Shown: in pieces, positions 11,854 to 23,800 of the stretch
Numbering within the stretch: position 1 is the first letter of the stretch
Layout: each line of letters starts with the position of its first letter
DNA from: Plasmodiophora brassicae
Taxonomy: Eukaryota
Length of the DNA: 64,000 bases
Assembly (NCBI GenBank): GCA_036867785.1
Contig: CP145419.1
Coordinates: 558,001-622,000, forward strand
Reading direction: 5' to 3'
Made by a program: the position numbers and the translations under genes
Notes under the pieces: generated by a model
The model's input: only the letters and a program-made list of their open reading frames with translations
Databases searched by the model: none
Told to the model about the DNA's origin: nothing

Positions 11854-13236
11854 ATGCGGTGGCCGGCGTCGTTGCTAGTCTTGCTATGGACTGTTGGATC
11901 GTGCGCCAGCCGTGACGTTGACGACGCTTTGGTGAGTCCGTTGATCTTCGCGGCATTGAACGGGGATGAAAAGGCGATTACCGACTTGCTGATTCTTGGC
12001 GCACCTGTCGACGCCAAGGACAACGAGGCGCTGATCATGGCTTGCACGGCAGGAGCCCGGAATGCCATCAAGGTGCTTGTACAACATAAAGCAGACGTAC
12101 GAGCTCGAGACTGTGAATGCCTGGTCCGGGCCGCAAGCACGCCGCACGTCGATGTCGTCAAGTACCTCGTAGAAGGATTACAGTTGCCGGTATCCGCCCA
12201 GTCTCACGAAGCACTCATTTCAGCCGTCGCGTCCAACCGCCTCGATATCGTTCTGTATCTCATCGACAATGGGGCCGATGTGAACGCACGTAACGGGTTG
12301 CCCTTGCGGGTTGCGTTGAAATCGACTTTGTTATTGAACATTGTTGAGGCGCTCCTGCAGGCGGGTGCTGACCTTAACGAAGAGACGTTGCTCTCGGGTG
12401 TCAAAGACCACAATGCGGACCTGGTCGCTCTCGCGCTTCACCATGGTGTGCCCGGTGGCTGCCGTAATGGCGTAGTCATGGACATCGCGTTTCAAGAGAA
12501 CGAAGCCATCGGGGATATGCTTGTCGATAATGTCGCTCCGACCGTCGTCTGGGGAGACCCGGTGTTCCTTGATAACATCCGATCACCTAACCACGCCATC
12601 CTCATCCGGATCCTGAAGCACAACAAAGTCTCCAGGGATGGTATAATACGGGCCATGGAATCGGCGGTCGCCAACGAAGACTCCGACCTGCTTCGTACGC
12701 TACTGACGAGTATCGAGGAAGGGATTCTGTTCGAAGTGTCCAGCCATGTGGTGCTCTCTGCGAATGACAAGGTGCTGCGCGGTTTGACGGTCAGAGGCCT
12801 CTCCAAGATTCTCTACGACCATCTTCTGGCGACGGTTATCGAGAAGGGCAAGAACGGAGATGCGCCGGAGCTGGTCAAAAGGTTGATCGCCTGTGAATCG
12901 GAACGATCCCCTGCCGAGCGTTGCGTCTCAGCGATACTGTGCTCTATCGACGTCATGCAAATGTTTAACCAAGGCGATGACGACGTTAACGTTGGTGCCC
13001 ATAGGGAGCCATCCGTTGCGGTGAGCCCAGAGCCCAGCGACGTCGATAACACTGAGGGGTCGAGTCAGATGCCATCCGCGACGGTGACTCGTACTCCTGC
13101 GCTAACCCGTCCGCTGCCTTCGCTAAGGGCGTCTTTGGAGCACCTTAGCGGTCATATTGAATTGCCGAAGCATATTGCACGTCGCAACAACCAGGGTCCA
13201 CGCGGCGGCAGCCCACCAGCCAAGAGACCCCGTTGA
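11854..13236 (+). CDS. Secreted ankyrin-repeat protein (effector-like), intronless
   Basis: Signal peptide MRWPASLLVLLWTVGSCAS; ankyrin repeats (PLIFAALNGDEKAITDLLILGAPVDAKD, LYLIDNGADVNARNGLPLRVA); C-terminal PPAKRPR. Confidence 0.85.
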   Translation: MRWPASLLVLLWTVGSCASRDVDDALVSPLIFAALNGDEKAITDLLILGAPVDAKDNEALIMACTAGARNAIKVLVQHKADVRARDCECLVRAASTPHVDVVKYLVEGLQLPVSAQSHEALISAVASNRLDIVLYLIDNGADVNARNGLPLRVALKSTLLLNIVEALLQAGADLNEETLLSGVKDHNADLVALALHHGVPGGCRNGVVMDIAFQENEAIGDMLVDNVAPTVVWGDPVFLDNIRSPNHAILIRILKHNKVSRDGIIRAMESAVANEDSDLLRTLLTSIEEGILFEVSSHVVLSANDKVLRGLTVRGLSKILYDHLLATVIEKGKNGDAPELVKRLIACESERSPAERCVSAILCSIDVMQMFNQGDDDVNVGAHREPSVAVSPEPSDVDNTEGSSQMPSATVTRTPALTRPLPSLRASLEHLSGHIELPKHIARRNNQGPRGGSPPAKRPR

Positions 13237-13990
13237 TACGTCTTAAAACGGTTGCCTGTGTGGCATCACGTGGACACTGTCGGAAGAATTGGACCGATGT
13301 TCAACTGCTGAATTTGCCGATGAATTTCCCGATCACAACAATACAATTCACAATTGTTCCGCGACTCCATAGCTTATGTACGTTGCTAGTTGTCAACGGC
13401 ACGACCGAGGTTGCTGGCAACTTCGACCGTACGTACTGGCGATTCCGTCGTTCTCCAAGTCCCGTTGACGTGCATTCTGGGGACACGCTGCTGGTTTATG
13501 GCTCTGTCTATGAAGGCCAGCGGCGGCGAACCTCGCAGGCATCCCGCCAACAGCTCGCGACCGCAGCATGCACACCTGCCATCAATCCAGGTTTACGAGG
13601 CCTTTGTCAGAAATTGCTCGAATTAAAGAATCGGTCGCCTGAAACCTGGACCGAAAGTGCAAAGCCGAACTAAGTGTTAAGACACCGGAAGCCGTAATCG
13701 AGCAGCTCATGAAAAGTCGTCCGCCAACAGAAGTTGACTGGGGCGTCGGTCAAGCCAACCAGGACCAACCGGGAAATTCAATCGATTCGCTAGACGTCGT
13801 CGACGACGAGGCTCTGCGCACCCTGCCGGTACTGAAGGCGACTAGCGCGCCGATACCTATGTAGGAACTCGAAAACGGGAACACCACCCGCCGGGTGGAT
13901 TGAGACAGGCATGCCCGCCCCGTTGTCATTGCGATAATAACAATACCGACTGACGAACGTGTATTTATCGAAACTTCATAACACCTCTGT

Positions 13991-15292
13991 TCAGGCAGCC
14001 GTCTCCGGCTCCTGCTTGACATCCTGCGCGGCGGCTGCCTCCTCCATCTTCAATTTGAAGAAGTTGTCAACCGCTCCGGGGATCGCCTGGTCAATCTCCA
14101 TGAGCTTGGTCATGATCTCGGCGATCCTCGGGTCCTTCTCGGCCGCCTTCGACAGGAGTGACTCCTCGTCGGTCGTGACCTTGCCGTCTTGCAGCACGTC
14201 CTTGACGTCGTCGATGATGTGGCCGTTCTTACGCATGGCCTCGACGAGCTCGTTCATCAGCTCATCAATCTGGGCGTACGACATAACTTCGGCCTCCTGC
14301 GCGACAATCTTCTCGATGACACCCGGGTGAGCAGTCTGGAACGCGTTCAGACGCTCCAGCTGCGCGATCAGAGCCGGGTTGGTCTCAATCTTCGAGGCAA
14401 TGGACGTCTGCTCCTTGTCATCGATCTCGCCGTCGGCGGCCGCGACCTGCATCTCCTCCGCAAGGCCCTTCTGCTTCTCGACTTCGACGCTGACGCTCTG
14501 CAGGAGCTCTTCACCCTCCGCCAGGACGGCATCGGACTCCTCCTGCTTGATGATTCCCTGGTCGACAGCGGCCGCTTCCTTCTCCTGGATGAACCGTTCG
14601 ATGAGCTCAGGGTCCTGCTCCATGATCTTCTCGATCTCGGCAGCAGCCTCCGGGTTCGCCAAAGCGTCGTTGGCGAGGATGTCGCGCTCGTTCTCGTCGA
14701 GCTTGCCGTCCTCGAGGAACTTCGCCGTCTTCTCAGCGAACGCCGGGTTCGCCGCCAGCTTGCTCGTCAGGCTGTCGAACTTCTCCTTCAGATCCTCGGT
14801 CTGGGCGCCAGCGTACAGGCTGGCGAACGCCTCGAACACACTCTCAACGACATTCGGGTGCTCCTTCTGGAACGCCTGCAAGGCGTCGACCTTGGCGCGC
14901 AGGTCAGGGTACTGCTCAAGCTTCGCGTCCAGGACCTTCTGCTCCTTCTCGTCGATCTCGCCGTCCTCTAGAATGGCGCCCATCAAGCCCTCCATCCCGT
15001 CCTTGCCGTTGACGGCGTTGCCGAGATCTTCAATCAGCGCCTGCGCCTGCTGGATCTCAGCAATCTTCCCCTGCATGGCCGGGTCGGACAGCTGCTTCTC
15101 CAGCGACGCAACGTCGAAGTTGTCGACATCAGGCATCGCCTGCTTCGCGAACACCGGCGCCTGGACGGCGGCGGCATCCTTGCTGGCCATGGTGTTGGAC
15201 ACCAGATCGGTGGCAGGCGCCTCAACGCTAACGCGCGCCATGCCGACGGCGGCCAGCGCCGTGCCAGCGAGAACCTTCAGCGTGAACTTCAT
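13991..15292 (-). CDS. Secreted acidic alpha-helical repeat protein, 433 aa, intronless
   Basis: Signal peptide MKFTLKVLAGTALAAVGMA; strong GC3 codon bias; four internal repeats beginning DGEIDEKE / DGKLDENE / DGEIDDKE / DGKVTTDE. Confidence 0.85.
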   Translation of the reverse strand: MKFTLKVLAGTALAAVGMARVSVEAPATDLVSNTMASKDAAAVQAPVFAKQAMPDVDNFDVASLEKQLSDPAMQGKIAEIQQAQALIEDLGNAVNGKDGMEGLMGAILEDGEIDEKEQKVLDAKLEQYPDLRAKVDALQAFQKEHPNVVESVFEAFASLYAGAQTEDLKEKFDSLTSKLAANPAFAEKTAKFLEDGKLDENERDILANDALANPEAAAEIEKIMEQDPELIERFIQEKEAAAVDQGIIKQEESDAVLAEGEELLQSVSVEVEKQKGLAEEMQVAAADGEIDDKEQTSIASKIETNPALIAQLERLNAFQTAHPGVIEKIVAQEAEVMSYAQIDELMNELVEAMRKNGHIIDDVKDVLQDGKVTTDEESLLSKAAEKDPRIAEIMTKLMEIDQAIPGAVDNFFKLKMEEAAAAQDVKQEPETAA

Positions 15293-15819
15293 GTCGAACG
15301 AGCGGTGTGCGTGCCTGCGTGTGTCTGCGAGTGGGATCGAGCGCGACGTGAGAGCGGACGAAGCGTTTTCGGAATGAAGCTGCACGCAGCGGCCCTCTCG
15401 GACATGGGCCGACCGACCACCAGTGATCCCAAAAATAGCAACGCGGCGCAGCCCATCCTCCCGTGCCCGTCCCGGAAAAAGGGCCGCTTCGCGACCGAAT
15501 CCGAGGTCGGACAGCCACGGAAAGTTCCCTCTAAATCCGGGTCGGAGACTCTTCCTTGACCGCTTGGGAAGGAGGTCAGCGTCGCTTCCCCGAATTTAGC
15601 AAGCAGCCGCGTTGGATTTAGGAATTGGCGACGGCCCGCATCAGTGATTCAAGGCCTATCCAGTGTGGGCCGCAGGAGGGAATGGCCACCGCGCCAGCCG
15701 GTCCCGTCGTGGCCATGAATTGGTTCATGAAAATCGCTTTGGCTTCTGCCGGGCCGACGGACTTTACAAGTGTGTGCCAATAAACAACGCGACCAGCCGG
15801 ATCGTGCCTTTGAAGAAGA

Positions 15820-16907
15820 ATGTTGGGCGCCGCGCTAGCACGACGGGCAACCACCGGGTGTCGCCAGCTGTCGTTGCTATCGTCGGCTGCCGACGGGCCT
15901 GCTGGTGCCTACCTGGATGCGTCGTGGCACATGCCCGGATCGGGCCGGGACGCCCGAGCCGAGTTCACGGCGTGCCGCATTCCCGGGTATTGTATTGTAC
16001 AGCCCCATGAAAACGTACGGGCGATGGTTACGAGGCGGTCGCCTGACCATCGGTTCCCAGGGCAACGTTCTTCGACATCGACGAGATCAGTGATACGACG
16101 AACCCGTTGCCGCATATGCTGCCGAATGCCGGCCAGATGGACGACGCATTGGATTCCGCTGGTGTCGTCGATGACGAGACAGAGATCACTGTATACGACA
16201 ACGCTGGCATGCTGAGCAGTTCCAGGGCGTGGTACACGTTAACCGCATTGGGCGTTGCCAATCCCGTTCGCATACTGGATGGTGGGCTCGCGCTGTGGCG
16301 AGCCCTGGGACGCCCTGTGGAATCCGGCGACGCGTCCGTGCCTGGGAGGCCCAGTGTCGGGAAGCGTTCGCCGTGTCGTCTTCGTCGAGAGCTTGTCCGA
16401 ACCCTGGACGACATGAAGGCGAACCTTGTGACGCGGGAGGCGCAGGTTGTCGACGCGAGGCCGGCGGCGAGGTTTCTGGGACAGCTGAAAGAGCCGCGAC
16501 CTGGACTGTGCTCCGGGCACATCCCTGGATCGCTGAACGTGCCGTGGACCACGATACTCGACAGCAGCAACGGTGCCGCTGTCTTCAAGCCTGCGGAAGG
16601 CATCGCGAAGACGTAAGGCACGCCTGTAGGACCCAGCGTCGGCCGTCCGTCATTGTTACGGGATTCCATACGTAGGTTCGAAGACGCTGGCGTACGGCTG
16701 GACGGCGACAGGGGAATCATCTTGACGTGCGGCAGCGGCGTGACGGCTTCGGTGCTGATGGCCGGACTCGTCGTTGCTGGCGTCGAACTGGAACGGCTTT
16801 CGCTGTACGATGGGTCCTGGTCAGAATGGGTAACCGCCGTCTCTACCGGAAAGGTCACTGGGGACGTCCTAACATCACGGTTGGGTGACAGGGTGACCCG
16901 ACGTTGA
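15820..16907 (+). CDS. MPST: 3-mercaptopyruvate sulfurtransferase/rhodanese with a mitochondrial-type presequence, 3 exons
   Basis: LDASWHMP, PHMLP, RAWYTL, VVDARP..RF, GHIPGS, active-site CGSGVTA and LYDGSWSEW. Confidence 0.93.
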
Positions 16908-17129
16908 GACTGCCGATCATCGATCCTTGCGGCAACGGGTTCTGCTCGTAATCGTGCTGGCAAACGACGGTGAGATGTCATATAAAGGGTCTTGTAAATG
17001 ATTTCGACCAACAGGGTCCCGTTTATTCCGCGAACGTGGTTGAAGGAAAATGGTAGAAGAGGTCTCCAGTGTCGTATGTGTGGCAAGATGACGACGATGA
17101 TGTGGATGGTCATTTGCACGGCCGAATTG

Positions 17130-17698
17130 TCACTCGCCGATCGCCAAGGCCTTCTCGCGGATGAAGGCAGACATGAACGACTTGTTGATCGATTTCTGCT
17201 GGGCGGGCGTTAAGTTCTTGAACCCGGCTATACGTCCCTTGCAATTCGCCGACCCGCACATGCAGTCGAACGGCGACGCCATGTCCCACTCGGTCGTGTT
17301 GTAGTCGAACGTGATCGGCTCGCCCTTCTTGACGTCGCGGATCGTGACGATCTCGACGAGGCCGTAGAAGACGCGCGCCATGCAATTCGGGTCGCAGGAA
17401 TGGTTGCAGAAGATGAGCGGCCCGGAGCAGAGCATGTGCTGGTTGTCATCCAGCTGCAACGTGTACTTGTCCGGTTTCGACTTGACGGCGCCGACTTCCT
17501 CGAAGACGGTCGTGCCCGTCTTCAGCGGACCTGCACACCGCCTGAGCACGCGGTACGCTGCCCGATCCGTGCCGATTACTTACCCTCAGCGACGACGAAC
17601 TTGCCCGAACCATCGTGCTGGAACGTGAACAGAACGGGCTGGCTCTGCTTGCCCTCGATCATGGTGTTCGGCGAGTCAACGATCGCGCTGGACGACAT
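17130..17698 (-). CDS. Small SET + post-SET domain lysine methyltransferase, 2 exons
   Basis: NHSCDPNC, GEPITFDY and post-SET FDCMCGSANCKG; intron 17531-17583 joins the upstream ATG in frame. Confidence 0.88.
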
Positions 17699-18119
17699 GA
17701 CGGCTTCGTTTGGTCTTCAATCGTTAACACGTCCTATAGGTGCCGTTTGCGAATAGAGCGCCCATCCGGCCGCAGGTCAGGCGACACCAGCCAGCATGAC
17801 CGCACAGCTAGACGTGACGGTTAGTAGGGTCGATACGGCGACGGGTTAGACGCGTTCGAGACGTGGCTGCCGTGTGCCTTGAAAACCACTGCTCCAATCC
17901 GAATTCCGAGGTCGGACGACCTGTACCACGTGGCGCTAGTCACACCAGTGCTGCGCGTTCAGTGCCATCAGATCGACTAGGGCCACGAAGCCGATCCGGC
18001 GTCGCCGCCTGCCCGGTGACGACTGAAAAGATGGAGCAATGAGGAGCGCCGGCAGAGAAGAGCGATGAGCGAATGGTTTAATAGTCAAGAACATACGGGG
18101 CAATGGCGATGGCCCGACC

Positions 18120-18935
18120 CGTCATGGTCTTAATCGAGTCCCATCGGTGCCAGAAGCCCGCGCTAGAAAGGTACCCTACACCAGTGGGCGCATCGTCAGC
18201 CTCCAGGGGCTGAACAACAGGAGTGGCCGATACCTTCTTGCGGATCCAGCGGGTCCCCAACGTCCTCCGCGGCAAACCCTCTTGCAACCTGCTCGACGTC
18301 CTCAAGGTCCACAGTGGTAACGGGGCACGGCACATGCGACGGATCGACGCTGGGTTCGACCGTGTTCGGGTCCACCGTCAGCGCCGGTAGTCTGTCGTCG
18401 TACGCCAGGCACGACGCAACGTCCTTGCCGTTCGTCAGTCGGATTTGTTTCGGTAGCCTCCGGACGGTGTCAGCCTCGCCTTCGAACTTGACAACGTAAT
18501 ACCCCTGTCACAGCGTGCCGTTAGGCAAATGGACTCAACGGAATCGCGAATACAGCACGCACGTCTTCGTCGACCCGTTGCAGGACACACGCGTGATACG
18601 ACAGTGCCCACTGCCTCCTCAACCCGCCCCATTCGTTATTCCACAGAGCGAGCGAGAGCGTTTCCGGGCGCGGCGCCGGCGCCGTCGACGGCGTCACGCG
18701 GCGCAGGCGCCCGAGGTCCACGTTCACCTGGCGGAGGTTCTGCGCCAGGTCGCGCAGGACGACGTCCGGGCGCACGCCGACGACCTCGCAGATCGTGACG
18801 ACGGTCGACCCCGACGACGACGTCGCGCTGTATCCGACCAGGTCGCCGGCGACGATCGACATCGAACCACCGCCCGGCGCGCGCAAAACGCGCGGCACGG
18901 CGGCCCCCGTGTCGGCACTCGGGCCGGCCAGACAG
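18120..18935 (-). CDS. Spliced hypothetical exons (Tudor/SH3-like beta-rich), possibly the 3' part of the Zn2Cys6 gene
   Basis: ORF 18521-18898 splices (GTGCGT..GACAG) to GYYVVKFEGE...; a possible 69-nt intron at 18936-19004 links it in frame to the upstream Zn-cluster exon. Confidence 0.4.
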
Positions 18936-19000
18936 CTGACGGTACGGTAGCCAGCAGGGGCAGCTGTCGAGTTTATATGCTATCCGACTGGCACATGGTG

Positions 19001-19639
19001 CTACCCCCATTCGTTGTTCAGGAACCCGTTGCAGAAGTCGATATCGGCGAAGGACCGGGGATGGGCGCTGGCCAGCAGGCCGTTGATGTCGTCGGGGGTC
19101 CCGGGGAACTCGATGGGTGGCAACGGGGGCTGCATGATGTCGTGGAGGAGCAGCGGGTCAGCGGGGGGCACGAAGCCGAATCCGATATCCTCGGGGCAGT
19201 GGTCGTTGTCGCCTAGGCTGCAGCGCCCGATGGTGATGGTGGAATCGTCGCCAACGACGGGTTCCGATTCAATGTTGTCGTTGGCGGATGTTGGCGCGGA
19301 GCCGGGCCAGACGTCATCGGGAGCAAGAAAATCGTCGAATCCATCGTCACGGTTGCCCTGGGCTTCTACCAGGACCTCGTCGCCGTCAGGACCAACGATG
19401 TCGGATTCGACGAGGCAGGGGACGCCTAGATGAATGCAATTTCGGCAGGGGCGCGCTATTGTGCACTGCTTGCCGTCTGCCTTGCACTGGATGCAGTCAG
19501 ATTGGCGAATGCGCTCGATGCATTCCACGCCAGCTGCGACACAGGGATCGCAGGGTTTGGTGTCGGTGCAACCCCTGCGCTGCCGAGCGCAGCGTTCGCA
19601 GGCGACACTCGTGATCACCCTCCTCCTTGGCCGTGTCAT
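19001..19639 (-). CDS. Protein with two Zn2Cys6 (GAL4-like) binuclear cluster motifs and an acidic region
   Basis: ACERCARQRRGCTDTKPCDPCVAAGVEC and DCIQCKADGKQCTIARPCRNCIHLGVPC both fit C-x2-C-x6-C-x5-C-x2-C-x6-C. Confidence 0.75.
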   Translation of the reverse strand: MTRPRRRVITSVACERCARQRRGCTDTKPCDPCVAAGVECIERIRQSDCIQCKADGKQCTIARPCRNCIHLGVPCLVESDIVGPDGDEVLVEAQGNRDDGFDDFLAPDDVWPGSAPTSANDNIESEPVVGDDSTITIGRCSLGDNDHCPEDIGFGFVPPADPLLLHDIMQPPLPPIEFPGTPDDINGLLASAHPRSFADIDFCNGFLNNEWG

Positions 19640-20136
19640 CACACAACCAAGACGTGACAACGATCCACGAACGTAACAGGACCCGAACGGTGATCGGACG
19701 ACAGTGGCAAGATTGTAGAAATTCTCCGACTGTGGAGTTCTCCGAACCGAAATCACTCGGACTGTATTCCCCATCCCAGTGACCTCCCCTATCGGACATC
19801 CATCGTCCGACACGTAGCCTTTGTGGATCCGGAACCCTCGTGCCTCGGGAGCCTCGGAAGCCACATGTACGGAACGACAGGGAATGAACAGGTATTCCGC
19901 CCTCGCTCTACACTGCCTTTTCCCGAGCTCATGACCTGGATGGAGGACGATATAAACCATGCTGTGCTTCCGATGGCGATCAGCACTTTACTGGGGAACC
20001 TGTTTACACACCTAGCGGAAGATTAAACGCCTGGAGAAACGTCAAGGGCCACGACAGTCTCGGATACGAGGACAGACACGCGGGTGGCGGTTCAAGACGT
20101 AGTCGGAGCTTCATGTCATGATTGTAAGCTAATCGA

Positions 20137-20690
20137 TTGATGAGTCGTCGACGTGATGCGCAGCATCCTGAACGAGAGCCGCGACTGGATATTCACAACT
20201 GGCCTTACCTGTGGCCCGTCGTTCAACACGCGATTAACCACACATCCAGCAAGCGACTAACTTGGAAGGCGCCGTTCACTGTAATGGTCGCGAAGCGAAC
20301 CGAAAGCCCTCTGGATCACATTTTGAATCCTGATACGCGCAAGTGGTGCCCGGTTAGCTCGGACAGTGTTGCCAAGCGTAGAGGAGCTGAAGGCTGGTCT
20401 TGACGTTCTACACAAGCAAGTGGGTTACGCCGAAAACAATCAGCATGAGTGGAATCGGAGAGGACATCAGCACCTCGAGGACTCCTTCATCGCTGGTGAC
20501 TGTGTGCTGTGTGCTCGACCTGGTCAAGGTCCAAGACTAAGAGGCAAGCTGATACCGCGTTGTAAAGGCCCGTTTCGTGTGGTGCGCCGCATCAACGAGC
20601 AGGCGCACATCGTACATGATCCGGTTGAAGGCAAGGAGTTCGATTAGACCACACGCAGCGCATCAGACGATATGCAGACTGCTTGACGAC
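20137..20690 (+). mobile_element. Degenerate Ty3/gypsy integrase C-terminal remnant
   Basis: WPYLWPVVQHAINHT...APFTVM, then GDCVL...KLIPRCKGPFRVVRRI (GPY/F motif) and HAARIRRY, broken by a frameshift and a stop. Confidence 0.8.
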
Positions 20691-20853
20691 GTCTCACGGT
20701 CTTCACACAACTAAGACGGGACAGCGATCCACGAAAATAACAGTACCCGAGCGCTGAGATGTATGTAGTGACGAGATCTCTACCAGTGGGCCAGATACAG
20801 AGTCTACACTTTGGCTAGGTGGTTTAGATTGATACTCGCTCGACAAGCGCAAA

Positions 20854-23800
20854 TCATAATGACGACGGCTTAACAGCCCACTTCCGGAAGTCGTTGCGGA
20901 AGAGTGTCAGGTTCTGTGTGAACTTGTCCCGGTTGCGGTTGTCCAAGTTCGGACGAACACCATCCATGAGCCGCTCGAATGCGGCAACAACAGCACCTTG
21001 AAGCTCAGGCGGTTGGGCGAGTATGATTTCCTGCTTGTAAGTGTTGAACGCTTGCTCCATGTTCAATAGAAGACTCAGGACCGGCCTTGACAACGACCAA
21101 TAGTTGGGCGCATTTTCGAATACAATCAGCGACATTAGGAGCCGCAAGAGCTGGACAAGCAAATCGCCACATTTCACCTAGCAAGGAACCGTAAGAACGC
21201 TGGACGACACTGGCATGTACACGCGATACAATTTGCGCGTCGAACTTCTTGTACGCATCAGACTTTGTTGACTTTCTGCTTTCCTTGAAGGCAAACGTAG
21301 CAACGTTATCGACTGCAGACGCTGCAAGAGACGAAACACGTGCGTCGAAATTGGCAATACCATCCGCCATTGACGAAAGCAGGGCATGGAAGCTAGGCAC
21401 CCACGGTTAGTACATGGTTAGAACTGAAAAACGCATTAAACCAACATAGCAGCGTCAAGTTCGACCATGAGGTCTATGTGGTTGCGATACAGGATTTCCA
21501 TCAGGTTGAAGTACTTCGAGGAGATCTTCTTGAAGGCGAGTAGCTCGTTCAACGGGAACAACAGGATCAGTTTAACAACGGTCTGGAACGCCGTCGTAAG
21601 GCTGGGGTCATTATACAAACGAAACACACCTACGACCAGTTACACACTAGGGCGCGCCAAACGCTTGTACCATGACAGACGTACCAAAGTTTGTGTAGTC
21701 ACCCGTAAGGCCGTTATACAGAATGTCCATGCAAAGCCCTATTCCCTTGTACCGATCTTTGTAAATGTCAGTAACGGCATCGGTGCACGCAAGGATGCGA
21801 TTTCCATAGATGGCAATAACTTTGCTTGACTCTTTGAAGAGGATCTGTTAAGTAATGAGCCAACGCAGCCATTACAGAGCGGATACGACCTACGATTCCG
21901 TTTGGTACCGACGGGCTAAACGTGATACGCTGGGTTCGGTTCAGGACGAACTCGGCAGTGAATCGAAGAACAGGAACAGCGCAAGACGGAACATCCCACA
22001 AGCTCTCCAGGAGACGAAGTACCTGCCCGAAATACTTGGGATAAATCCAGTCGAAGACGATATTGTATGCCATCTTGTTGTATGTCGACTGGACAATACC
22101 ACGAAGGTCCCTTGCTAGACCGATCCCGAGGCGCTTGACCTAAAAGCAGTTAGCGAAAACGCAACCACTGCAACGCGTCCGCATACCTCTTCGCTTCGAA
22201 AGTTCGAATGTTGGCTGAGATGCGTAAAACGTGCATCGAACGGCTCCATAAACTGATCGAAGTAGTCGATATTTGGTTCAGAGAACACCATGCGACCCCA
22301 AGTTATGTAAAATTTCGTTCGAAGCTTCGAATTCGCGGGAACGTCGAGGAACGGGAAGACTTCAGCGTTGCCGTGATTAGTCAAGATCGACTTTGCGGCA
22401 TCGATCTGCAGAAGAAGTTTGGCGGTCGTGTAGCCAGAGGACAAGTCATGGAGCAGGGTCAGTGCATCATCACACACGTTCGTTTGACGTGCCCACAGTT
22501 TCAAGGTTGAAACTATTTTCTGCGAACAGCCTGTTAATGCAACCAGCAGAAAGAGCAGACATAGGATACCTGAAGCATAGCTGTTAGGACAGATGCCTGA
22601 TCTGTTGGCGATCCAATTGATTCAGACATTGCTTGGTATATCTGAGGCTGCGGCGAAGGTGAAACAGGATCCAGGATTCGGATACCGCGGGATATTGCCT
22701 CCTGGCCAATGTGAGCCCTAACAACGACGTTAATCGTGTGGAACATTCGCGGCGTAAAACCACATACTTCCTGAACTGCTGGAAGAAGTAGATAATAGCC
22801 AGGTCAATGTAGGGAGTCACAGGCGCCCCAACAGCAACGGACGACGCGACACGAGTTGTAACAGTGTCGAGAATTAGGAACACACGGGCGCTTAGCTGTC
22901 CGTCAATAGTGATCTGATCATCCCGCGACGACATAGTCGTAATATGACCCGAGATCACAGATCCAACAACGTAGATGAGCCAAGCAATCGATGCTGAGAA
23001 TAGACAGCATGTCAGCACAAACCAAAATAGCAGCTGGGACGAAACACCAACCTTCACCAACCGACAAATTCTTCCAAAACTGCTGGTCGGTGATACGTTC
23101 CTGTCGCAGACGTTCGACAGCTTCCCGATATGTTTGCAGGAGGGGATCGAGCCGAGACGAAAGATACGAGAACGTGGCAGGGTAGACGTGCCTACAAAAG
23201 CCATCAAACACCGGGTCACTGCACATAAGTGAAAGTGACGTACCGGCAGAGAGTAGGGATGTAATGAAGTTGCTCAGCAATGGCCGACTCTTCGAAAAAT
23301 GATGCGATGTCATCTTCATCGACAGCGTGGCCTGCGGCTTTCATTCTCGTGTCAATGAAAGCTTGCGTGACCTGAAGCAATATCCGATAAGGGAACGTAC
23401 AGAACAACATGGGTGAAGCCCAACCTGGGGAACAAGTGTGTCCAGAAATGTCGGTAGGTCACCGCGCATGAACGGGATTGATAGTGTCAAACGGGCCCAG
23501 AGAGTCACAAGATAGTGGGTGGCACCACCAACCCATTTCCAGTTATCAAAGCTGGTAACAGTGAAGTTCGCTACGGCGCGAATCCACGGGCCGTATTCGT
23601 CAACCTAGCCACACTTGTCAAGGACCCCCTTCCATACAGCAAGCAAGACAGCGAGGTTACATTGGCGAGATCCTGCAACTGATAGTTCGCCTTCATTGCG
23701 ACAAGCAACCGACAGAAGTGAATGTAGCTCTCTTTATCTGCAAGTACTTGCGAATGGCTAACGATGATTTCCGAAGTTGAAACGCATAAGCACTTCAGGT

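Noticed and set aside
13233-13900. Plus-strand ORF fragments after the ankyrin gene
   Set aside because: No clear start, splice model or family
14189-15377. Long antisense ORFs over the acidic secreted protein
   Set aside because: Codon-bias shadows
18624-19020. AACGAATGGGG (NNEWG) occurring twice ~380 nt apart
   Set aside because: The similarity does not extend beyond ~14 nt and may be chance
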